DNA of 35,431 nt. Source: Candidatus Nanopelagicales bacterium (GTDB lineage: Bacteria > Actinomycetota > Actinomycetes > S36-B12 > CAIYMF01). A program made the position numbers and the translations under genes. Below are positions 8,418 to 17,279 of this stretch, one piece after another; within the stretch, counting starts at the first letter, position 1; every line of letters begins with the position of its first letter. Below the pieces are notes generated by a model. That model saw only the letters and a program-made list of their open reading frames with translations. It had not been told where the DNA came from and ran no database searches. The stretch lies in assembly GCA_044224785.1 (NCBI GenBank), contig JBGAJT010000001.1:1-35431 (forward strand), given 5' to 3'.

Positions 8418-9638
8418 TCAGCCCCAGCCGGGGGTGCTGGTGCCGTGGCCGAGGCGCTGGCTGCGCGGGTCCTCGGTGAGGCGCGAGGCGACGCTCGCGG
8501 CGCAGCGGCGCAGGTCGAGCACCCACTCGAGCACCTGCTCCCCCGTCGCCGGGCGCGGGAGGTTCACCAGCCGGATGTTGAGCAGCGGCCGGTTGTCCTT
8601 GCCCAGCACCGGGACCACCAACGAGTGCGCGGAGTAGAGAGCGGTCGGGTCGATCTGGACCGGCTCGTAGTGCTGCGACCACTGCACGATGCGGTCGCGC
8701 AGGGCGCGCTCCTTGGCGGGCACGAGCTCGCCGTCGGTGTAGTCGCGCAGCGTCTGGTAGAAGTCCAGCTCGTCCTCGGGGTCCAGCCGCGACATCGACC
8801 AGCCGCGCTCGCGCGCGAGCATGAGGCGGCGGCGCAGCCCGTCGGCCACCTCGGGGTCCGAGGCGCCTGCGCGACGGATCCAGCTCTCGGCCGCGGCCTC
8901 GCCCGCCCACGCGACGTACTGCTCGCCGAGCGGGGCGATGAGCGGGATGCGCGTGCCGAGCGTCGGGACGCTGGGTGCGACGTCGACGCCGGTGGCGGCA
9001 CCCACGAACACGAGGTCGCTCCCGACGGCGGCGACGACGTCGACGGCCGCGCCGGTGCGTGCCGCGAGCCGCTCCATGTCGTCGCGGGCCTTCTCGGCCA
9101 GCTGGATCGACGCGACGAGGTCCGGGGAGGAGGCCGCGACGACCGACGACATCGTGAACCGGCCGTAGCCGCCCTGGAAGAACAGCAGCGGAGCCATCGG
9201 GTTCTGCACGCCGAGCTCGCGCACCCGCCCCAGCACGAGGTAGTGGTCGCCGGTCTCCGTGATCGACTCGGTCGCGCACTCGATCCACGCGACCGCGCCG
9301 TCGAGCACCGGGGCGCCGCCCGGCGACGGCGTCCACCCGACGCCGGCCCACTTGTCCTCGCCGCGGCCGGCGAAGCGGCGGCACAGCTCCTCCTGCTCGG
9401 CCGACAGCACGTTGATGCAGAACGTCGCCGCCTCGCGCAGCCGCCCGAACGTGTACGACGACGTCGTGGGCAGGTAGGCCACCAGCGGCGGGTCCAGGGA
9501 CACCGACGTGAACGACCCGACGATCATCCCGATCGGCTCGCCGTCTGCGTCGAGCGCCGTCACCAGGACGACCCCGGTCGGGTAGTGGCCGAGGACGTCG
9601 CGGAACAGCCTCGGGTCGAGCTCGGTCACCGTCTGCAC
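8418..9638 (-). CDS. Flavin reductase (HpaC/HsaB-like) fused to a C-terminal IclR effector-binding domain
   Basis: First ~165 aa: 'FRDVLGHYPTGVV', 'SFTSVSLDPPLV', 'GDHYLVLGRV' and 'PLLFFQGGY'. The rest resembles IclR-ED ('ARDDMERLAARTG', 'LGTRIPLIAPLG', 'LARERGWS') with no HTH. Confidence 0.82.
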   Translation of the reverse strand: MQTVTELDPRLFRDVLGHYPTGVVLVTALDADGEPIGMIVGSFTSVSLDPPLVAYLPTTSSYTFGRLREAATFCINVLSAEQEELCRRFAGRGEDKWAGVGWTPSPGGAPVLDGAVAWIECATESITETGDHYLVLGRVRELGVQNPMAPLLFFQGGYGRFTMSSVVAASSPDLVASIQLAEKARDDMERLAARTGAAVDVVAAVGSDLVFVGAATGVDVAPSVPTLGTRIPLIAPLGEQYVAWAGEAAAESWIRRAGASDPEVADGLRRRLMLARERGWSMSRLDPEDELDFYQTLRDYTDGELVPAKERALRDRIVQWSQHYEPVQIDPTALYSAHSLVVPVLGKDNRPLLNIRLVNLPRPATGEQVLEWVLDLRRCAASVASRLTEDPRSQRLGHGTSTPGWG

Positions 9639-9659
9639 GTCCCTCGTCGCCGTACCGGA

Positions 9660-10529
9660 CTAGGCGCGCTTCTGGTGCTCGTGGCCCCAGAAGTTCGGCA
9701 CGTCGAAGCGCGACGGGCGCCACGTGGTGTCGTCGATGAGCAGGCCGCCGGTGCCGTACTCGATCTGGAAGCCCGACGGGCTGTTCACGTAGAACGACAT
9801 CATCTGGTCGTTGCTGTGCCGGCCGAAGGAGATGGCGAGCGGTGCGGCGTTCTCCTTCACGACCTTGTCGTAGGCGCGGCCGACGGAGTCGATGTCGTCG
9901 ACCTCGAACATGATGTGGCCGATCCCCTTCGGCGCGTTCGGGACGGCGGCGAAGGCGAACGAGTGGTGGCGCGGGTTGCAGTGCGTGAAGGTGCCGAAGA
10001 TGGGGCCGAACTCGATGTAGTCCGACAGCTTGAAGCCGAGCAGGTCGAGGTAGAGCTGGCGGAACTTCTCCTCGTCGTTCACCAGCTGGAACACGTGCCC
10101 CAGACCGCCCTCGCCGGTGACGAACGAGGCACCGGTGGGCGAGACGAACTTCCGCTTGTCGACCTTCTGGCCGTAGAACAGCTCGACGCGCAGGCCGTCG
10201 GGGTCGGTGAAGCTGATGACGCCCATGGCGCCGCGGTCGCGCGCGACGTCGGCGGACTCCTCGGTGACGTCGTAGCCCGCGGACTCGAGGATCTTGGCGA
10301 ACTCCACCAGGTCGGCCGGGCCGGACACCTCCCAGCCCAGGGTCGTGACGCCCTCGGCGTCACCGCGCTGCACGTCGAGGCGGTACCACGCCGAGTCGTT
10401 GCGCAGGCGGAGGCGGTCCTCGGTGCGCTCGGCGACCTGCAGACCGACGAGCTCGGTCGCGAACGTCTCCCACGCGTCGAGGTCGCCCGCGGAGATGACG
10501 ACGTATCCGAGACTGCGAACCTCAGGCAT
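9660..10529 (-). CDS. BphC/HsaC-like extradiol ring-cleavage dioxygenase
   Basis: 'RSLGYVVI', GLGHVF, 'HCNPRHHS', GHIMFE and 'GRHSNDQMMSFYVNSPSGFQIEYG' give the Fe(II) His/His/Glu set. RBS GGAGGAAGG. Confidence 0.93.
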   Translation of the reverse strand: MPEVRSLGYVVISAGDLDAWETFATELVGLQVAERTEDRLRLRNDSAWYRLDVQRGDAEGVTTLGWEVSGPADLVEFAKILESAGYDVTEESADVARDRGAMGVISFTDPDGLRVELFYGQKVDKRKFVSPTGASFVTGEGGLGHVFQLVNDEEKFRQLYLDLLGFKLSDYIEFGPIFGTFTHCNPRHHSFAFAAVPNAPKGIGHIMFEVDDIDSVGRAYDKVVKENAAPLAISFGRHSNDQMMSFYVNSPSGFQIEYGTGGLLIDDTTWRPSRFDVPNFWGHEHQKRA

Positions 10530-10575
10530 TGCGGCTTCCTTCCTCCGGCCGTGCGGGTCCGGCGACCCGACGATC

Positions 10576-10628
10576 ACGGTAGGAACGACGTCCCGCGAGG
10601 GCGAGGAACACGTGCCGACGTGCGGAAC
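10576..10628 (-). promoter_or_regulatory. Promoter with putative IclR-type box upstream of the dioxygenase
   Basis: GTTCCGCACGTCGGCAC (10612-10628, minus strand), 30 nt, then TACCGT -10 (10576-10581). Confidence 0.6.
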
Positions 10629-10739
10629 GTGATCACGTGCACATCGCCGGGGGTTCGCTGGGTGGAACGCGGGTCGCCCCGGCAGGGTGTCGCGGGCCGA
10701 GACTGATCCCCCACCACCACGTCGAGCAGGAGCGACCCT

Positions 10740-11981
10740 GTGCTGCCCCCGGAGCTCGATTCCCCGCGCGGTCGCGCACGCCTGCTCGCCACGACCGCGA
10801 CGCTCGTCGCCGCCGGTCCCATCTCGCTGGACCTCTATCTGCCGGCCTTCCCGTCGATGGCCGAGTCGCTCGGCGTCCAGGTCGGCGACGTCCAGCTCAC
10901 GATGTCGGCGTACCTACTGGGGCTCGCGCTCGGCCAGCTCGTCTACGGGCCGCTGTCCGACCGGTTCGGCCGCAAGCCCCCGCTGATCGCGGGGCTGATC
11001 CTCTACACGGTCGCCTCGCTGCTCTGCGTCCTCGCCCCGTCCCTGCCGATGCTCGTCGCCCTGCGCGTGCTCCAGGCGCTCGGCGGCTGCGCGCCGATCG
11101 TCATCTCGCGCGCCGTGGTGCGCGACTGCTTCGAGGGACCAGGTCTCGCACGGGCGTTCTCGGTCAACACCTCGGTCTCGATGGCCGCCCCCGTGCTCGC
11201 TCCGACCATCGGCGCATTGATCCTGCGCACCGGCTCGTGGCACGGCACGTTCCTGGCGGGCGCCGCGTACGGCGCGGTCTGCCTCGTCCTGGCGGCGTTC
11301 CTGCCCGAGACGCACCCGGCGCACCACCGCACCGACCACGGCGTCGCCACCGCCGCGCGCGAGTACGTGCAGCTCGCGCGGCAGCGGCAGTTCGCCGTGC
11401 CCGCGCTGATCGCCGCGTTCACGTCCGCGACGCTCTTCGCCTACATCTCGTCGTCCTCGTCGGTGTTCATGGGCGTCTTCCACGTGAGCGCCGGCGGCTT
11501 CGGACTGATCTTCGGCCTCGGTGCGGTCGTCTTCGTGTCCGGCTCGCTGCTCAACATGCGCCTGGTGCGCCGGCACGCGGTCCACCGGCTGCTGCGCACC
11601 TACCTCGTGGTCCAGGCCCTCGGGATGCTCGTGGTGCTGGCCGCCGCCGTCGCCGAGGTGCCCCTTCTCATGCTCCTGGTGCCGCTGCTCGCGACGAAGG
11701 TCAGCCTCGGCGGCACCCTGCCGAACGCCTCGGCGGAGACGGTCGCACCGTTCCCGCGACGTGCCGGGTCGGCGGCTGCGCTCATGGGCACGTCGCAGAT
11801 GGCCTTCGGCGCGATCGTGACGTCGCTGCTCGCCTGGTCGACGGTGAACCCGACCGTGGAGATGGCGGCGTCGATGACCGTCACCACGTTCGCCGCGCTG
11901 GCGCTCGCTCTCCTGCCAGCACGCGAGCAGCCAGAGCCGGATCCGATCGACGTGCTCGAGAACAGCAACGAGACGGTCTGA
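10740..11981 (+). CDS. Bcr/CflA-family multidrug efflux MFS transporter
   Basis: 'DLYLPAFP', 'GQLVYGPLSDRFGRKP', 'RVLQALGG', 'APVLAPTIG', 'LPET' and 'AGSAAALMG'. Confidence 0.93.
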   Translation: MLPPELDSPRGRARLLATTATLVAAGPISLDLYLPAFPSMAESLGVQVGDVQLTMSAYLLGLALGQLVYGPLSDRFGRKPPLIAGLILYTVASLLCVLAPSLPMLVALRVLQALGGCAPIVISRAVVRDCFEGPGLARAFSVNTSVSMAAPVLAPTIGALILRTGSWHGTFLAGAAYGAVCLVLAAFLPETHPAHHRTDHGVATAAREYVQLARQRQFAVPALIAAFTSATLFAYISSSSSVFMGVFHVSAGGFGLIFGLGAVVFVSGSLLNMRLVRRHAVHRLLRTYLVVQALGMLVVLAAAVAEVPLLMLLVPLLATKVSLGGTLPNASAETVAPFPRRAGSAAALMGTSQMAFGAIVTSLLAWSTVNPTVEMAASMTVTTFAALALALLPAREQPEPDPIDVLENSNETV

Positions 11982-11983
11982 CC

Positions 11984-12964
11984 TCAGCGGCTCGTCGGCG
12001 CGGCGTACGGCAGCGTCTCGGGCCCGAGCGGCGCGGGCGCGATCTGCTCCACCGCCGCGAGCGTGTCGTCGTCGAGCCGCCACGAGGCGCCCGCGACGTT
12101 GAGGGCGAGCTGCTCGGGGGTGCTGGCACCGGCGATGACGCTCGACACCGCGGGCCGGCTCGCCAGCCACGCGATCGCGAGCTCGCCTACGGTGCGGCCG
12201 TGCTGCGCAGCGACCTGCTCGAGCCGGAGCACACGGTCGTGGACCTCGGGGGTGTCGAGCGCGTCGACGATGCCGCTGCCCGCTGCTCCGCGCGTCCCCT
12301 CCGGCCGGGGGACGCCGGGTGCGTACTTCCCCGTGAGGTAGCCGCCGCCGAGCGGATGGAACGGGAGGACCCCGAGACCGGTGCGCTCGGCATAGGGCAC
12401 GACCTCGGTCTCGATCCCCCGCGCGAGCAGGTGCCAGTAGCCCTGGACGGTCGCGAACGGGGTCCAGCCGTGGTCGCGGCAGAGGGCCGCGCACTCGGCG
12501 AGCCGCCATGCCGCGACGTTGCTGGCGCCGATCGCGCGCACGAGACCGGCCTGCACGAACGAGTCCAGCACCTCGAGCAAACGTGCGGTGTCGACGTCGT
12601 CGGCGGGGGCGTGGTGCAGCTGGAAGAGGTCGATGCGGTCCGTGCGCAGCCGTCGCAGGCTCTCGTCGAGCTGCTCGCGGAGGTGCGTCCCGAGGTCGGC
12701 GTCGCCGAGACCGCGCAGGTTGAACTTCGTGGCGATCACCCAGCGGTCGCGACGGCCCTCGAGCACCTCGCCGAGGAACGCCTCGGACCGGCCGCCGTTG
12801 TAGATGTTCGCGGTGTCGACAAGGTCGACGCCGAGGTCGGAAGCAGCGTCGACGACCCGGCGCGTCGCTGCGAGATCGAGTCTCGGCGGCCCGAAGACGT
12901 TGCCGCCGAGGCCGAGGAGCGAGACCTGCGGGCCGTCAGAGCCCAGCGATCGACGCGGCAGCAT
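11984..12964 (-). CDS. Aldo/keto reductase
   Basis: 'LGLGGN', 'DTANIY', 'IATKF', 'SLRRLRTDRIDLFQLH', 'IGASN' and 'PLGGGYLTGKY'. The start overlaps the iclR 3' end by ~30 nt (alternative GTG at 12970). Confidence 0.92.
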   Translation of the reverse strand: MLPRRSLGSDGPQVSLLGLGGNVFGPPRLDLAATRRVVDAASDLGVDLVDTANIYNGGRSEAFLGEVLEGRRDRWVIATKFNLRGLGDADLGTHLREQLDESLRRLRTDRIDLFQLHHAPADDVDTARLLEVLDSFVQAGLVRAIGASNVAAWRLAECAALCRDHGWTPFATVQGYWHLLARGIETEVVPYAERTGLGVLPFHPLGGGYLTGKYAPGVPRPEGTRGAAGSGIVDALDTPEVHDRVLRLEQVAAQHGRTVGELAIAWLASRPAVSSVIAGASTPEQLALNVAGASWRLDDDTLAAVEQIAPAPLGPETLPYAAPTSR

Positions 12965-13760
12965 CGGCACCCAGGTCGATCGCGATGCGACGGGCGGCCC
13001 AGCGCACGAGGCGCGCGTAGTTGGCCTCGTCGAAGTGGCTGGTCGGACCGGACACCGACACCGCGGCGATCACGTTGGCGCCGGTGATGATCGGCGCGGC
13101 TACGCAGGTGATGCCCAGCGAGCTCTCCTCACGGTCGACGGCGACGCCGGCCTTGCGGATGCGCTGGAGCTCCGCGACCATCCGGCCCGGCTCGGTGATG
13201 GAGTACGGCGTACGACGCGGCAGTCCCGACTCGACGACGGAGCGCACCACAGCGCCCGGGCTGCTGGCGAGCATGACCTTGCCGAGGCCCGTGCAGCCGG
13301 CCGGGACGCGACTGCCGACCGCGGTGGGCACGCGCGGCGAGCGCGGGCTGCTGACCTTGTCGAGGTAGAGCACGTCGGTGCCGTCGAGCACGGCGAGATG
13401 GACGACGTTGCCGCCGGCGCGGACGAACACCTCGGTGAGCCACGGCGCCGCGATCTCGCGCAGGCCGCTGGGCCAGCGCCGCTGGACGCTGGTGCCGAGC
13501 TCGAAGAGCCGCCACGACAGCCGGTAGCCGCGACCGTCGCGCTCGACGAGCTCGGCGTCCTCCAGCAGCGCGAGCAGCCGGAAGGCGGTGGACTTCGCGA
13601 CGCCGGCCTGGCGGGCCAGCTCGCTGACGCCGAGCACCGGGCCGTCGCTGCGGAACACGTCGAGCAGCCGCAGCGCCTTGGTCACCGAGGCGGTGCCGGA
13701 GGCGTCGTTGCTCTCGCGTCGCGCCGCGAGCGAGGTGGGTTCGTGCATCTGCGCGGTCAT
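12936..13760 (-). CDS. IclR-family transcriptional regulator
   Basis: HTH 'KALRLLDVF...GVSELARQAGVAKSTAFRLL' and effector domain 'GSRVPAGCTGLGKVMLA', 'DREESSLGITCVAAPI', 'AVSVSGP'. Confidence 0.95.
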   Translation of the reverse strand: MTAQMHEPTSLAARRESNDASGTASVTKALRLLDVFRSDGPVLGVSELARQAGVAKSTAFRLLALLEDAELVERDGRGYRLSWRLFELGTSVQRRWPSGLREIAAPWLTEVFVRAGGNVVHLAVLDGTDVLYLDKVSSPRSPRVPTAVGSRVPAGCTGLGKVMLASSPGAVVRSVVESGLPRRTPYSITEPGRMVAELQRIRKAGVAVDREESSLGITCVAAPIITGANVIAAVSVSGPTSHFDEANYARLVRWAARRIAIDLGADAAASIAGL

Positions 13761-13859
13761 GCCTTCGGGATTCCCTTCGTCAGTGACGAGAAGACGCTGC
13801 TGGTGCCTGGTGCGGCCCCCGGCTCCCGCTCGGGGGCCGCACCGGTCGACGGGTCGGCC

Positions 13860-15032
13860 TCAGTGCATGGTGTTGACCGGGCCACCGGTGTTGAACTCGT
13901 AGTTGGCCCACGAGGTGTACGCGGTGTCGTAGATGTTGCAGATGTGGCTGCCGCCGGTGCGCAGGTCGCGCCAGTAGCGCTCGAGCGGCTTGTCGGTCCA
14001 GACCGCCGCCGAGCCGGCCAGCGCGAAGACCTTGTCGACCGACTCCAGCACGCGCTGCACGGCGCGCACCTGGTCGCGACGGAACTCCAGGCGCTGCGCG
14101 GTGGTGAGGGGCTCGCCGCGCTGCGCCTGCTGGTAGAAGTCGTCGCTCATCTTCTCGAGGAGGATGACCGCCGAGCTCCAGTCGGCCTCGGCCTCCGCGA
14201 GCGCCGCCTGCTGGAACGGGTCGACCTTGGCGACGACGCCAGCGGCGGAGACGCGCTTCTGCATGTACTCGCGGTAGGCGTCGAGCGCACCGCGGGCGAT
14301 GCCGAGCGTGCCGCTCGCGATCGCCGTGGCGAACGTGCACCCGAAGGACATGCCGTACAGCGCCTGGCCCTCACGCCGCTCGCCGTAGTAGACGCCCTCG
14401 ATCATCTTGGGCGCCTCGATCACCCGGTAGTCCGGGATGAACTGGTCCTTGATACGGATGTTCTTCGAGCCGGTGCCCGACAGGCCCATGACGTTCCACG
14501 AGCCCTCGACGATCTCGTAGTCGCCGCGCGGGAGAACGAAGTGACGGATGTCCGGAGGCGTGCTGATGCTGCCCTCGTCGTCGGTCACGATGCCGCCGAG
14601 GATGACCCAGTCGCAGAAGTCGGTGCCGGTGGAGTAGGGCACGTCGGTGGTGAACTCGAAGCCACCGTCGACCACCTTGGCGCGGCCGACCGGCGCGTAC
14701 GGCGACGCGGTCCAGGTGTCGGGATCCTCGCCGTAGATCTCCTCCTGGAGCCGGCGGTCCATGAGCGCGATCTCCCACGGGTGGACGCCGACGACGCCGG
14801 CGATCCAGCCGGCCGACGGCGAGTACTGCGCCACGGCGCGGACCCACTCGAAGAAGACGTTCGGGTGCTCCTGGTAGCCGCCGCAGTCCTTGGCCTGCAG
14901 GAGGCGGATGCCCCCGGACTCGCGCAGCACGCGGGCGGTGTCCTCCGTGAGCTTGCCGAGCTCGTCGCTCGCCTGCGACTGCTGACGGAGGAGGTCGGCG
15001 TTCTTGTGGATGTGCTCGATCGACTCGTGCAT
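13860..15032 (-). CDS. Two-component flavin-dependent aromatic hydroxylase, oxygenase subunit (HsaA-like, acyl-CoA dehydrogenase fold)
   Basis: 'SAGWIAGVVGVHPW', 'ASPYAPVG', 'YSTGTDFCDW', 'WNVMGLSGTGS' and 'LERYWRD...H'. RBS GGAGG precedes ATG 15032. Confidence 0.9.
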   Translation of the reverse strand: MHESIEHIHKNADLLRQQSQASDELGKLTEDTARVLRESGGIRLLQAKDCGGYQEHPNVFFEWVRAVAQYSPSAGWIAGVVGVHPWEIALMDRRLQEEIYGEDPDTWTASPYAPVGRAKVVDGGFEFTTDVPYSTGTDFCDWVILGGIVTDDEGSISTPPDIRHFVLPRGDYEIVEGSWNVMGLSGTGSKNIRIKDQFIPDYRVIEAPKMIEGVYYGERREGQALYGMSFGCTFATAIASGTLGIARGALDAYREYMQKRVSAAGVVAKVDPFQQAALAEAEADWSSAVILLEKMSDDFYQQAQRGEPLTTAQRLEFRRDQVRAVQRVLESVDKVFALAGSAAVWTDKPLERYWRDLRTGGSHICNIYDTAYTSWANYEFNTGGPVNTMH

Positions 15033-15061
15033 GGTCAGGGCCCTCCGGGTCCGGGTCGCAG

Positions 15062-15910
15062 TCAGTTGTTCTGGATGAAGTCGATGACGTTGCGGTTGAA
15101 CTCGGCGGGGTGCTCGATCATCGCCCAGTGGCCGCAGCGGTTGAACAGGGTCAGGCGCGAGTTCGGGATGTGCGCCAGCAGGAGCAGCGAGTGCTCGTAG
15201 GGCACGACGCGGTCGTCGCGGCCGTGGAAGAGGAGCGTCGGCGTCTTGATCGCCATCAGGTCCTCGGCGGTGAACCACTGCCGGATCGGGCCGCCGCCCT
15301 TCTTGAGGGCGTCGAGGAAGTTGGTGAGGTGCTCGGGGTGCGTCACCGCTGAGTCGAGGCGCTCCTGCGCGAGGGCGTCGACGCGGTCGCCCGGGTCGAA
15401 CATCATGATCTCGCAGAGCAGCTTCATGTTCTCGAAGGTGGGCTCGCGGTAGCACAGCTGCAGCACCTTGAGGCCCTCGGTGGGCCCGTCGCCGGGGCTG
15501 AACAGCTTCGGCGCGCGCGTGGAGCCCGAGCCCATCGTGATCAGGTGCGACACGCGGTCGGGGTGCACGACGGCCAGGCGGATCGCGGTGATGCCGCCCA
15601 TCGAGTTCCCGACGAGCGCGGCCTTCTCGATGCCGAGCGCGTCCATGAAGTCGATGTGCATCTGCACGTGGTCGGACTCCTCGAACGTGACGGTGTCCGA
15701 GTCGCCCCAGCCCTGGCAGTCCACGGCGTAGACGTGGAACTGCTCGGCCAGCGCGCCGATGTTGTTCGAGAAGTTGACCCAGCCCGTGGCGCCCGCGCCG
15801 CTGCCGTGCATGAGGATCAGCGGGTAGCCCTCGCCGGCCTCCTGGTAGTGGACCTTCCCCGACTTCGTCTGGATGGTCCTGCTGGTCGACGCCTTGGTGA
15901 GCTCGGCCAC
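15062..15910 (-). CDS. Meta-cleavage product C-C hydrolase (HsaD/BphD/MhpC family)
   Basis: 'MHGSGAGATGWVNF', nucleophile 'GNSMGG', 'HGRDDRVV' and 'RCGHWAMIEH'. Confidence 0.93.
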   Translation of the reverse strand: MAELTKASTSRTIQTKSGKVHYQEAGEGYPLILMHGSGAGATGWVNFSNNIGALAEQFHVYAVDCQGWGDSDTVTFEESDHVQMHIDFMDALGIEKAALVGNSMGGITAIRLAVVHPDRVSHLITMGSGSTRAPKLFSPGDGPTEGLKVLQLCYREPTFENMKLLCEIMMFDPGDRVDALAQERLDSAVTHPEHLTNFLDALKKGGGPIRQWFTAEDLMAIKTPTLLFHGRDDRVVPYEHSLLLLAHIPNSRLTLFNRCGHWAMIEHPAEFNRNVIDFIQNN

Positions 15911-15990
15911 GCCGTCCCTGCTTTCTGGTGGTGTCTCGATGGTGGATTCACGATGTCGCTGTATGGAGCGATCGTTCTAGTGATGACGGG

Positions 15991-16019
15991 AGGATGTCAG
16001 TCAGGTTTCGCGACGTCAA
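15991..16019 (-). promoter_or_regulatory. Housekeeping-sigma-type promoter for the hydrolase-monooxygenase-iclR unit
   Basis: TTGACG (-35, 16014-16019), 17 nt, CATCCT (-10, 15991-15996) in an AT-enriched intergenic region. A TCGCT-N6-AGCGA inverted repeat lies downstream at 15956-15971. Confidence 0.5.
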
Positions 16020-16132
16020 GCATTTCTGGAGTATTCGTTACAGGATTTCGACCAGCAGGCGGACGCCTTCACGAGCGGTGCGCAGGCGCGACCTCGTGCA
16101 AGCGTTTCCACCTGCGCCGCAACGGAAGACGC

Positions 16133-16167
16133 CGACGGCCCGGTCCCCCGAGGGGGCCGGGCCGTCG
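16133..16167 (-). terminator. GC-rich hairpin after the ABC permease
   Basis: CGACGGCCCGGTCCCC-CGA-GGGGGCCGGGCCGTCG, 17 nt past the permease stop. Confidence 0.55.
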
Positions 16168-16184
16168 CAGGTCGTCGGTGCAGG

Positions 16185-17279
16185 TCAGGACGTGCGCGAC
16201 CTCGACCGGACCACCTTGGCCAGCGCGACGGCGATCACCAGGCCGGCGCCGTAGAACACGTTCTGCACCCAGCCCGCGAAGCCGAGCAGCTGCAGACCGA
16301 AGATGCCCGTCCACAGGAACCAGATCGCGATCATCGTGCCGATCGGGTTGAACTGGCCGGGCTGCACGACGGTCGTGCCGAGGAACACGGCGGCGAGAGC
16401 AGGCAGCAGGAACTGCCCGGACGACGTCGGGTCGAAGCCGCCGAGGGCCGACACGAGGATCAGCCCGGCGAGGCCCGCCAGCAGGCTGGAGACGATGTAG
16501 GCGCCGGTGCGGATCCCGTTGACGCGGATGCCGGCGAGGCGCGCGACCTCGCGGTTGGCCCCCACGAAGAGCATGTGCCGGCCCAGCGGGGTGAACGCGA
16601 GGATGTAGGCGATGATCAGCGCGAGCCCGATGCCGTAGTAGAACGAGATGGGCATCCCGAGCACCTGCTTGAGCGCCAGCTCGCTGAAGACCGGGTCGTT
16701 GAGCGACACGATGTTGCTCGACGAGATCCACTGCGACAGACCGATGAGCAGCGTCCCCGTGCCGAGCGTGACCACGAACGACGACACGTCGAGGTAGACC
16801 ACGAAGAACGCGTTGATCGCGCCGGCGACGGCGCACGCAGCGAGCGCGATCAGGCAGGCGATCCAGACGTTGACGCCGTGCGTGGTGGCGAGCACCGGCA
16901 CGATCGTGGCGGACAGGCCCATGATCGACGCGACGGACAGGTCGAACTCGGCCACCAGCAGGGTGACGAGCGCCGACATCGCCAGGAACACGAGCACCGG
17001 CTGGCCGCCGAAGATCGCGCGCACCGCACCGATCGAGCCGAACGAGTGCGGCATGAGGATGTAGTAGACGAGCGACATCGCCGCCCACACGAGCACGAGC
17101 GCGTACTTGCTCGTGATGGTGTGCAGCCACCTCGGCTCGTACTGCGACCGGAGCGTGACGCGCGCCGGCGGCTCGCTGGGCTCGGCCGGCTCGCCGCTGT
17201 CGCTGATGATGCGGCCGGTGACGTCGTCGTCGCTGCTCAGGCGGACCGCGGAGCTGTCGCTCGACGGGTCGGGGTTCAC
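16185..17279 (-). CDS. CUT2 (RbsC-like) ABC transporter permease
   Basis: 'EFDLSV', 'SFVVTLG', 'TPLGRHMLFVGANREVARLAGI' and 'LPALAAVFLGTT'. GTGA overlap with the ATPase. Confidence 0.92.
   Translation of the reverse strand: MNPDPSSDSSAVRLSSDDDVTGRIISDSGEPAEPSEPPARVTLRSQYEPRWLHTITSKYALVLVWAAMSLVYYILMPHSFGSIGAVRAIFGGQPVLVFLAMSALVTLLVAEFDLSVASIMGLSATIVPVLATTHGVNVWIACLIALAACAVAGAINAFFVVYLDVSSFVVTLGTGTLLIGLSQWISSSNIVSLNDPVFSELALKQVLGMPISFYYGIGLALIIAYILAFTPLGRHMLFVGANREVARLAGIRVNGIRTGAYIVSSLLAGLAGLILVSALGGFDPTSSGQFLLPALAAVFLGTTVVQPGQFNPIGTMIAIWFLWTGIFGLQLLGFAGWVQNVFYGAGLVIAVALAKVVRSRSRTS

Noticed and set aside
8418-15910. Assigning hsaA/B/C/D symbols (cholesterol catabolism)
   Set aside because: Only family-level similarity is visible. 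Gene order and regulators (IclR/GntR, no KstR/TetR, no kshAB) differ, so the substrate cannot be fixed.
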